NCBI GenBank assembly: GCA_963751345.1
Contig: CAVVUS010000014.1
Span: 243,394 to 307,393 of the forward strand
Origin: an uncultured Chloroflexia bacterium
GTDB taxonomy: Bacteria; Chloroflexota; Anaerolineae; B4-G1; SLSP01
Length of the DNA: 64,000 bases
Direction: 5' to 3'
Shown: positions 51,664-62,234 of the stretch, one piece after another
How positions within the stretch are numbered: the stretch's first letter is position 1
Layout of the letters: every line of letters begins with the position of its first letter
The notes under the pieces: model-generated
The model's database searches: none
What the model was told of the DNA's origin: nothing
What the model saw: the letters and a program-made list of their open reading frames with translations, nothing else
Made by a program: the position numbers and the translations under genes

Positions 51664-54600
51664 TCATCCTTCGCTGGGGCCAACGCCCATGCGCACTTGC
51701 ACGTCATGGTCGTCCCCGTCACTCACCAGTGGAACAACAGGCTCTGACAGCAACTGACCATCCATCTCGATCGTGGCCACGCCTCGACTGACTCCGTCAG
51801 GATTGGCCACCTTGACGCGATAGACGCTCTCACCGTAGCGGTACGTGAAACCAAATCCCTCCCAATCGTGGGGAATCACCGGGTCGATCCGCAACGTCTC
51901 GCCCTCGCGGTGGATACCCAAGATGGCCTCGACGCCGAGCCTGTACATACCAGCCGGAGGACCCCGTATACCAGGTCCAGCCACCGCGACCGATGAAAGG
52001 CGGCTCGCTGTAGACGTCCGCGGCGACTACGTAAGGCTCAACGCGATAGATGTCGGCGGACTCCCGACTGCGGCTGTGGGTAATCGGATTGAGCATTCGG
52101 AAGAGTGCTGCGGCGTGATCTCCCTGCCCCAACTCGGCAAAGGCCCACACTGCCCAGATGGCTGCGTGCGTGTACTGCCCGCCGTTCTCGCGAATTCCGG
52201 GGGGGTACCCCTTGATATAGCCCGGGTCATGCGCCTCAGACGGCGGTTGCGCCTCGGACGGCGGTTGCGCCTCGGACGGTCGGACGATGCCTGAACAAAG
52301 GGCGGTGTAAAGAGCAGCAACAGTCTGTCGTCCTCGCGGACCAGGTACTCGTCAACCGCATCCATCGCCTGCTTCGCACGCTCAGCCTCTGCCGCACCGG
52401 AGAGCACGGCCCAGGATTGCGCAAGGGAGTCGATTTTGCACGCCTCGTTCTGGGCGGACCCCAAGGGCGTACCGTCGTCGTAGTAGGCCCGGCGGTACCA
52501 CCGCCCGTCCCAACATCTCGGATCCCAGGGCCTCACGTAACGTCTCCGCATGGGCTCGCAAGGTCTCTGCCTGTCCGGCATCATCGTGCCGCTCGCACAA
52601 GGTCGCGAAGCGGGTCAGCGTCGCATAGAGAAACCAACCCAGCCAGACGCTTTCACCACGCCCTTCGATGCCGACGCGGTTCATCCCGTCATTCCAATCG
52701 CCGGCCCCCATAAGCGGCAGACCGTGAGTGCCCGAAGTCGTGCCCTTCTTCAGGGCTCGCAGGCAGTGCTCGTAAAGCGTGTAGGTCTCCTCCGTCAAGT
52801 CGTAGTGGCCGTAACGTTCGTCTTCATCCGACCCCAGCTGCGCCCCCTGAAGGAATGGGACGCGTTCGTCGAGGATGGTCTCGTCGCCGGTGACCATCAC
52901 ATAATCCGCGGTGACGTAGGGCAGCCACAACAGGTCATCCGAGATACGGGTACGAACGCCTCGGCCTGAAGGCGGATGCCACCAATGCAGCACGTCCCCA
53001 GCCTCGAACTGATGCGCTGCTGCACGCAGAATATGCGCCCGCGTCAGATCCGGCCGCGCGTGGTGGAGCGACATCACGTCCTGGAGCTGATCGCGGAAGC
53101 CAAACGCACCGCTCGATTGGTAGAGACCCGAGCGTCCCCAGACCCGGCATGAAAGCGCCTCGTAGAGAACCCAGCGCAACACGACGTTCATCGACTCATC
53201 AGGTGTATCCACCGTGATCGTATCCAGAACGCCGTCCCAGAACGCGGTCACCGCATCTGATGCCGCTGCCACCTCAGCGCTATTCTGGAAGCGCTTGACC
53301 AACGCCAAGGCTGCATCCCGGTCAGCCCCTTGGCCAAGGAGGAAGGTCACCTCGGTTGCTGCGCCTACTTCCAGGTCCAGGTGCACCTGAAGCGCCCCAC
53401 AGGGATCGGCTCCCGGGCTGACGTTGCCCGAGAGTCCGATCCGATTGAGTGCTGCCGGGCGGCGCAGGTCGCCGCCCCGTCCCAAGAACTCAGTCCGGTC
53501 AGCGGTCAGCCCGTGAGGTCGATGGTTGGATGCCAGGAACGCTACCCTGGATCCGAACTCCGCATTGTAGGCGGTTCAGGGCCAACAACGCACCCGTCTC
53601 ATCATCATATTCCGGGACGATGTACTGCTGCATCGTGTCACGATCGACACCCAGCACCCAGGCTGCATAGTACGTCGCCGTGATGCGGCGCGGGCGGTCC
53701 GAGACATTCTCCAGGCGCAGGCGCACGATCTTGACCGGAGCATCGGGCGCAGCAAAGAGCTGCATCTCCTGGATCAGGCCGTGGCTGTGGTGGGTGAACG
53801 TCGTGCGGCCTGCCTCGTGGCGAATCAGATACGGCATCGCGTCACCTGCCGGCTGCGGCGTCGGAGTCCAAACCTCGGCCGACGCCTCATCGCGCAGATA
53901 GAGGACTTCACCGGGCGGATCGGAGACGGGGTCGTTGCTCCAGGGCGTCAGACGATTCTCGCCGCTGTTCACGGCCCAGGTATTGCCTCCTCCGGTCTCG
54001 GAAACGATGAAGCCGAAGTCCTCGTTCGCGATAACGTTGATCCACGGCGCCGGCGTTGAATGCGGGGGCTGCGACTTCTCAGCAGCGTCACTTCCGGCCA
54101 GGTAAATCACGTAAGCGTGGCCGTCCTCAGTGAAACCACCATAGCCGTTGTCAAAGCGCAGATTTTCCGGCCGCGTGAGCGGCGGCAGGTTGCCGGCATG
54201 TTCCCGTGGTACCTCTGAAGGAACCAGGGCCGGCAGCCATGTACGTTGTCGCTTGAGGGCCTGCAACTGTGCAGAGAGTGTTCCGGCTTCCCCCAAGAGC
54301 ACGACCCGAGCTGCCGTGAGCAAGAGCGTGCGAGAGGATGAGTCCATCTGCCCGGCTGTTACGATAAAGATCCCGCCCCGCGTGTTCACCCACGTATCGC
54401 TTCCGGTCATACGCAGCACCCGCATCAACTGCTGATTGAGCTCTTGTTCATAGCCCACGTCCTTTTCATTCAGAAGGACGACGTCGATCATCAGGTCGCG
54501 ATGTCGCCAGTACGTATGCGCGCGCATGACCTCGCGAACCAGTGGCAACTCCTCCTGTTGCTTCACACGGACCAGAAGGATCGGATAATCGCCGGAGATG

Positions 54601-57600
54601 GCATGAGGCCAAAGACCGGACTGCCCCATTCGGTTCGCGGCCAGCACTTCCGAGTTCGCACGCATGTCCGGATAGGGATAGAGTAGTGCCGACAAAAGCA
54701 ACTGCAGATCGTCGAGATCGCTGCCGTCGAGATTCAAATTACGGAGTTCCGACTCGCTCTGCGACCGAGCCATCTCAAATGCTCGCTCCACTCGCTCCAG
54801 CGTCCGGTATCGAGCCAACAGGCTCAGCACCGCGGCACGGGTTCCCCGGCCTTCCTCCGCCTGGGACGAGAGGCCTGAGAGTGCACCGCTTTCTTGACCT
54901 TGCGCCTCCGCAGGCGAGTCCTGTGCGAAGTTGACAGATCGGACAGCCTGGGGGCGGCCGTCGACTGCCACCGTCAGATAGACCAACGTTACCGTAGCGC
55001 GGGGGGCCACGGTGATCTCCTGTCCCAATGCCATGATAGGGTCGAGCGTCGCACCCGTGCGCGGGGCCGACGGGTTGGAGGCGCGGCTCTTCCCATCGCC
55101 TGTGCCCCCGCTATCAGCACTCAATGCCTGTGGAGTACGATAGTCATGCCCGCGCCCGAGGAAACGTGCTCGATCGGTGTCGTAGGTGGTAGAGGACGAT
55201 GATCCCGATCGGAGTGCCGGCTCATCCATCACGAGGGCGTGGCCCATAAAATGGGCTACCTCATCGGCCGAGCGCAGCCTGCGCCGGAAGATCAACGCAG
55301 GCATTCTCCGGGCCGCTTCCCCCTCCCCGCCCCTCTCCGCGGGGGAGGAAGAGGACGATATCTCGGACGCCACATCCGGCACATACTCGCTTTCGATAAA
55401 CATCTTGTTGAAGGCCGGATGGCGTCGGTCCACGTTCTGGGCCGCCAGGACAACCTCGCCATAGCTCGTCAATCGTAGATGGTGTGGCGTATCACCACGG
55501 TTAGTGATAACGACACGCCGCATCTCAACCGGGTCATTTGGCGCGACAGCAATATCGAGTCGGAACAGGAGATCATCCACATGGCGGCTGAACTCAGCTT
55601 GGTGGGGATAGAAGCGCACCTGGCACGCCGTGCCGGCGGGCGCAAACGGATGATCCGTCAGCGACCACAGCGCACCGGAATCCAAATCCTGCACGTAGAT
55701 CCAGGTCCCCCAGTGATCACGGGTGGTATCAGCTCTCCATCGGGTCAGTGCCAATTCGCGCCAATGGCTATACCCACTGCCGCCGGCGGTGATCAGGACA
55801 CCATAGTCGCCGTTGGAGAGATAATGCACCTGCGGAAGCGGCGTGCCCATCGTGGGTGTCCACGGCGACAGCGCCACCGGCTCCGAGCCTTCGCGTTCAG
55901 CACCCGTCACTTCCTCGGGCGTTTCCTCTATCGGCACACCCGTTGGGATGCGCTCCTGAAGCAACAATTCCACGGTCTGAATCCGCGGGTCGGAGTGGAA
56001 GCGCTCGACGTGAACGTTATCGTCCAGGACGTTGGCTAACGCCAACATGATCATGCCCTGATGGTGCACCATGTAGGACTTAACGATGGCGTGATCCCGT
56101 CCCAGGGGAAGGCGAGAGCCGGTGAAATCCACCGACTCATAGAAGCCGAAATGCCCCAGCATGCCCAGATCGATCAGGGCATCCATATTGGTCAGCACAG
56201 CCTGTGGTGCGATGCCCACGGCCAATAGAGAGGCATAGGGCGAGATCACCAGATCCTCCCCCAGGCCACGCTTTCGGCCAATGCCTGGCACGCCGAAGCC
56301 CCGATATTGATAATTCTTTGCAGCGTCAAAACGATAGTAGCCGGATTCTGACATCCCCCAAGGCACGCCCTGTTCGCGACCATAGGCAATCTGACGCTGC
56401 ACCACTGCGCGGTTGGTCTGAGCGAGCAGCGTCCCCTCATACGAGCGGGAGAACAAATCGGGCATGAGATACTCGAACATGCTACCGTTCCAGGACAAGA
56501 GCGCCTGCGCTCCCGATATCTCAGCGAGGGGTCGCGCAAGATGCAACCAATGACTCTGGGGAACGTCACCCTTGGCAATGGCAATCAGACTTGCTGTGCG
56601 GGCCTCGGAGGCGAGCAAGTCATAGTGATTCGTATCGAGCTGCTCAGTATCCACGCGATAGCCAAGATAGAAGACCTCGCGCTGCGGATCGAAGAGGAAC
56701 TGAAAGTCCATCTCGTCACCGAGCGTCTCGGCGTAGTCGGCCAGGCCCCGGATACCGATGAGCAAGCTCCGCGAGCTCTGCCGGCTTTGGTCAAGCTCCT
56801 CCATCAGGTTGCGACACCACGTGCGCGCCTCCGCCATCTGAGGCGCCTCCGCCGTCCCAGGCGCCTCCGCCGTCCCAGGCGCCTCCGCCGACCTTCGCAA
56901 GGTTTCGGAACCTTGCGAAGATTTCTCATCACCCAGAAGTGATAACAGGTGCTCCACCCTGTCACGCCCCTCGTGGCAGATATCGGGAATATCCCGAAGC
57001 ACCGACGTAGCCGGCAGCGCATCCAGAACCGCCCGCCAAGCCTCACCGAGGGCCGAATCAGGGGCAGCATTAACCAAGAGGGTGGGTGGAGACTCGAGCG
57101 GCAGGCGCCAAGGCACCAGCAATTCCATCTCTTCGCGCATGTTCCGCAGATGATAGTGCAGTCGCTCAGACCAGAGCCGCAATCCCTGAAGTGTATCGAC
57201 ATGCAACACGTCCGCTCCACGCTCCAGCAAGGACGTCATCAAGCGATGCAGCTCTGCCAATCCTTCGCTGCTCAGGGTATCGAGCATCGTTGGAAGACGC
57301 TCAGGCGCCTCTCGCACCGCTCGAACCTGGCGGCGTATGTGGGTCAGGTGTGCTTCTAGGGCGTCAACGGCTTCCTGAAAGGCATCCGACCGTACGGGCG
57401 TCGTGCCGGAACCTCCTTGTGCCGCCTGAGGCGCCTGAGAGGTAAGGCCGGCGGACTCCAGGATCTCTGTGAGCACCCCCAGGGTATCCCGCAGACCCTC
57501 CCATCCCTCCCAGCGCATCACGGGCTCCTCCGGTATGTGGCGGAGACCTTCCTTCAGCGTCAGCAGCGCGGCAACGAGGTTTCCACTGTCAACCGTAGAG

Positions 57601-60600
57601 ACGTAACGCGGATTCAACGTGCCCAGATCGCGGGTCTCATACCAGTTAAGGAAATGCCCCCGGTAGCGCTCCAAGCTGCTCCATACTATCAAACGTCGAG
57701 CGCAGGCGCACGGCGAGCGTGAGTGGACCGACGTAGCCCAGGTCGTAGGCAGAGAGGGTAGCGACCAACATCAGGCCGATGTTGGTCGGCGACGTGCTGT
57801 GCGCCGCAAGTCCACGGGGATCCTCCTGGAAATGATCCGGTGGAAGCCAATGATCCTCAGGGCCGATGAATCGCTCGAAGTAGAGCCACGTACGGCGTGC
57901 CAACCGACGCAGCCTAATTCGTTCATCCGGCGTGAGAGACTTCTCGTCGGTGGTGACCGGCGCACTGACCGATAGCGCCACCTGAGGCGACACAAGCCAC
58001 AGCAGAAGCAAGGGTAATGCAGGCAGCAGCACCCACGGGTTCACCCACACCACGACCACGCCAAACAACAGTGCCAAGAGGGGCGCCGCCAACATCCGCC
58101 GCCAAACTAGGGCAGCCCTCCGTTGCCTTGGACTGTCCGAGGCGCCCACGCCCAGTCTGCTGGGCGCGCCGTCTGAGGCGCCCACGCCGTCTGCTGGGCG
58201 CGCCGTCCGAGGCGCCCACGCCCAGTCTGCTGGGCGCGCCGTCTGAGGCGCTTAGGCTGCGAAGGGCGTGCGCGGCTGTGACCCATTGCAGGAGCCGCCT
58301 GTGCGTCACAAAAACGCGCACAAGGGTGGTGGCGATCGCATCCCCTATCAGAACGGCCTCATAGAGCAAGAAGGTCAGTGAGAGGAGCCAGCGCAACGCC
58401 TGGGTTTTCAGCGGTGCAAGCGAATTGCTAAGGCCCAGCTCCGGATCGACACGGGTCAGCGCGGTGAGCAGCCCCGTAAGCACCGGCGTCGCCGAGATGA
58501 GCACGGTCACCAGGGTCCAAAGCCACGGGGAGCCGGGCAGAAACAACCAACCCGCCAAGAAGAGCACTACCAATGCAGGTGCGCGCAGGCTGCGCCGCAG
58601 ATTGTCGATGATCTTCCAACGGTCCAGTGCGGAGAGTTGATTGCGGATCGTCCGCACCCCTTCCGCATCCCGGCCCTCTCTCTCCCGAGGCATATCCTGA
58701 GGCAGGTCGGAGGAGGCGCGTGCCGGCACACGGGGGAGAAGCCACGGCAGCAACTGCCAATCGCCACGCACCCAACGGTGCTGACGAGACGCGTAGGTCA
58801 GATACCCCGGGGGGTAATCCTCGTAGAGAACGATGTCGGTCACCAGGCCGGCACGTCCGTGAATGCCCTCAAAGAGATCGTGGCTCAGCAGCGTATTGTC
58901 CGGCACGCGATTCTCAAGGCTTCGATGGAACGCTCCCACGTCGTAAATGCCCTTACCCACAAACGTGCCTTCATCGAATAGGTCTTGATACACGTCAGAG
59001 ACGGCAAGTGTGTAAAGGTCGAGCCCGGTATCACCGGCAAAGACGCGGGTAAAGAGTGTGGCATTCACACTGGTGGGCCTGACCTCGGTGCGCGGCTGGA
59101 GCACAGTGTAGCCGGCGATGACCCGGCCGGTTTCCTCGTCGAATTCGGCCCGATTGAGGGGATGCGCCAGCGTCGCAATGAGGCGGGAGGTGCTACCTTG
59201 CGGCAGCACTGTATCGGCATCGAGCGTGATGACGTAGCGGCTGCCTTCCAGAGCCTGTACGTCACCTATCTGCGTCGTATACGTTGTGTCGTGATCACCG
59301 AGAATCAGACGGTTGAACTCCATGAGCTTGCCCCGTTTGCGTTCCCAGCCCATCCAGGTGTTTTCCTTCGGATTCCACAGACGGCTTCGATGGAGAAGGC
59401 AGAAAGATGAAGACGGGCCCGTAGCGACGATTGAGCTCCTCGATCCCTGCCTGAGCATAAGCCAGCAACGCCTCATCCTCAGGCATCTGTTCCGCCGGAG
59501 CATCTGCAAAGTCGGTCAGCAAAGCAAAGCGAAGGTTCGGGGACGGGACAACTGTAGCATTGCTCAGGTAGTGACGTTCCAACTGACCAATCAGGAAATC
59601 CACTTCGTCTGGAGCCGTAAGCATCGCGGGGATCACCACGACGGTTCTGCAGTCGTCGGGTATGCCGGCGCTGAAGTCGAGTTTGGGAAGTGTTGAGGGT
59701 GGAACAAGTCGGGTAACGACTGCGTTGATGCCGTTCACCGCTACAACTGAGGCAGGGACGACCATCAGAAGCGCCGTGATCGCAAGAAGCCACCAGGGGC
59801 CGCCGGTTGCGGCAGCATACCCTACCATCAGAGCCATCACAAAGAGCGTGAGCAGGACGATGGAACCCAGGTAGACCGGGGTGGCATGATCGAAGAACCA
59901 ACGTCGCAGAGTCTCACCCAGGTTGAAATGGCAACCCAGAGCGGCCTCAAGCTGCCGACGTCCCCTGCCCAGAAGATACGTGCCGACGTGCGCCTGGCGT
60001 CCGCTGCCGGGAGAAGCTTCCGCCAGCGTGACCGCCTGGCGGGCGACCTCAGCCTCACTGCGTTCCGAGTGCAGTGCCAGTTCCTCAACAACTTTGCGGT
60101 ACTGGTCACGCGACTTGAAGGTCATGCGCCGGTAGACGTCGGCGGGATCCTCGCGCAGCACGACCTCTACCTGGCTGACCTGCTCGAAGAAATCCTCCCA
60201 GTCCTGATTCGCAACGACGCGCAGACTGCGAATGCAGTGTGCTGCGATCGTATCCGGGGAGACACCCTCGCTCAAACGTATAGGATCGGGGGCCTCTCGC
60301 GCCGCAGGCGTCGTGGGCACCGCCAGGTGAGTGACGGTAGCCACTGCATCAATGAGGAGCTCCAGGAGCCCGGTACGAAGCATCGTCGGGATGGCCCATA
60401 ACTCACCCATCGTCAGAGAGACGTCACTTATGCGGGATTCGGGCGCCGTCTGAGGGTCTTCCGGCGTCTCTTGATACCGCTGCACGAGACTGACGACCTG
60501 CGCCATATCTACTAGCGCGTCCCCGTCCTTGATGGCCTCCCGCATAAGCGCATAGACACGAGGATAGTCTTTGAGCGGACCCTCATCGAGCTTGGGAAGC

Positions 60601-61007
60601 TCCCCGTAATATTGGTCCGGCAGATCCTCGCGGATCTCTCGGAGCGCCTCCTGAACCATGTAGAAGTTGTCCAGCAGCCACTCAGCCGCAGGGGAAAGGA
60701 GTGGTTCATCCTCGGAACGTTGGCTGAAGAACTCGTAGGCGTCGCGCAGTAATGAGGCGTGGTCCTGCACAAGCTGGACCGGCGAGGGCTCTGCGCCTCG
60801 CCGTCGCGATACAGCATAATGCTCCGCCGCGGGTGTTTCGTTAGGGATGTCGGAGGCTACGCCGGCGTGCTGGGCAGTTGCTGCCTCAGGCGCATCCGCC
60901 GTCTGAGGCGCATCCGCCGTCCCAGGCGCATCCGCCGTCCCAGGCGCATCCGCCGGCTGAGGATCTGAGGGGACCCGACGGCATACCTCAGTGCCCCCTC
61001 GACTCAC
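51664..61007 (-). CDS. ndvB: Cyclic beta-1,2-glucan synthase/NdvB-like protein (GT84 + glucoamylase-like + GH94), split by several frameshifts
   Basis: EWLLDN, WMGWERKRGKL, ITLDADT, SHDLFEG, RWVRGDW, PPDHFQE, YDLLASEAR, QSSGAFGFRDQLQD, GDWNDGMN, YRVEPYV, GWTWYTGS. Confidence 0.9.
52231..52284. repeat. 18-bp tandem repeat GCGCCTCRGACGGCGGTT x3 (reverse orientation of the CGCCGTCYGAGGCGC family)
   Basis: Seen directly in the sequence. Confidence 0.88.
56825..56923. repeat. 18-bp tandem repeat (AEAPGT) x3.5 abutting a REP-like palindrome doublet
   Basis: GCGCCTCCGCCGTCCCAG units followed by ACCTTCGCAAGGTTTCGGAACCTTGCGAAG. Confidence 0.88.
58135..58251. repeat. 36-bp tandem repeat CCCACGCCCAGTCTGCTGGGCGCGCCGTCYGAGGCG x3
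   Basis: Seen directly; the middle copy is 2 bp short and causes the local frameshift. Confidence 0.9.
60886..60957. repeat. 18-bp tandem repeat (TADAPG/Q) x4 at the ndvB N-terminus
   Basis: AGGCGCATCCGCCGTC(TG/CC) units. Confidence 0.9.
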
Positions 61008-61950
61008 TGGCAGCCTCTTCGGCCACGGATGGACTTATCTCCGCTGCTGACAGATCCTGCATCACCAGGAGTGGCGTGTCGCCAAAGGCGACGAAGTTGA
61101 GCGCAACACTGCCGTGAGGCCATTGGGGCGCCCCCGAGTATCCATGAGCGCTTAGAAGAATCAGGTCGATGGACGCCTCTCTGGCCAACTGATGAAGCGC
61201 AGCAGCCGGGCTTTCCGCGACAAGTAACCGCGTCTCGACATCCCCGGACAGTCGGGCGCTCAAGCCGTCCAGATACCTCATCGCTTCGTCCCGGTTGAGC
61301 TCGATGAACCGATCGACGAGGTGGCGTTCTTCATCGTTGAGTGGCCGCCAGCGTGGCATTTCCGGACGACGCACAACCTGCACCGCCAATAGCGTGGCAC
61401 CATGGCCCTGCGCGATCATTGAGGCCAGGGGTAATACACACTCAGCGCGCTGGGAGCCGTCCAGCGGCACCATTAGCCTCTCATAGCGCAATCCGTCGAG
61501 ACTCACATCTTGGGCCCGATAGGCACGGACGATGAGGGCCGGAGCGTAAACACGAAGCAGGACTTTCTGGACCACACTGCTGATATTCCATTCACTAAGG
61601 CCACTGCGTCCGTGACTACTCAGAACCACCAAGCCTGCGTCGATCTCGGTCGCGCACGTCACAATCCGTTCGGCCGCCAGGCCTTCGGCAATCGACGTTG
61701 CGACCTCGAGGTCGAGACCCCGCAGCCGGGTGGCGATCTCCGCGAGGTACGCTTCAGCCTCGGACCTGCGGATCTGCCAGCTCAATGGATCGACGGCTCG
61801 GCTCCCCTCGTAGTCAGACTGCTCTCCGACAACACGCAACAGCGTGATGGGTGCCTCAAAGATCCGTGACAGGGCGACCACATGCGGCAAGACACACTCG
61901 GCCAACGAGGATCCATCGAGGGGCACGAGAATGCGGCTGTGACTCTTCAT
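60988..61950 (-). CDS. Tandem-domain universal stress protein
   Basis: Two ILVPLDGS-type motifs, SSHGRSG, SAHGYSG, GSV. Confidence 0.92.
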   Translation of the reverse strand: MKSHSRILVPLDGSSLAECVLPHVVALSRIFEAPITLLRVVGEQSDYEGSRAVDPLSWQIRRSEAEAYLAEIATRLRGLDLEVATSIAEGLAAERIVTCATEIDAGLVVLSSHGRSGLSEWNISSVVQKVLLRVYAPALIVRAYRAQDVSLDGLRYERLMVPLDGSQRAECVLPLASMIAQGHGATLLAVQVVRRPEMPRWRPLNDEERHLVDRFIELNRDEAMRYLDGLSARLSGDVETRLLVAESPAAALHQLAREASIDLILLSAHGYSGAPQWPHGSVALNFVAFGDTPLLVMQDLSAAEISPSVAEEAASESRGH

Positions 61951-62234
61951 TATGAAATCCTCCTGATCCAAACAAGTGAGGACCACCCGCCCATTACGCC
62001 TCTCTCCCTTATCTGTGTAGCCTATCATCACTGTAGTGCGAATGAGCTTGTAGAGTCGTCGAATACGGTTGGACTTTGGTTGGGTTAGGTTGCCAGAGTT
62101 GGAGTTGTCCAGGGCGGACAGGGGCAGCACCGGAGTCAGAGAGGGGAAATCCAGAGACCCAGGCCCTAGAGCTTACAGGCGCATGGATCTCGGACGTTTG
62201 GCGCTGGAGCTGTTCTTGTATCGTAGTCAATTCC

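Noticed and set aside
58135-58251. 36-bp repeats as a CRISPR array
   Set aside because: Units are directly adjacent with no unique spacers, lie inside a CDS, and no cas genes are present in the window.
35696-60957. GCCGTCTGAG resembles the Neisseria DNA uptake sequence GCCGTCTGAA
   Set aside because: Copies are clustered in tandem arrays and too unevenly spread for an uptake sequence, and the lineage does not fit; probably coincidence.
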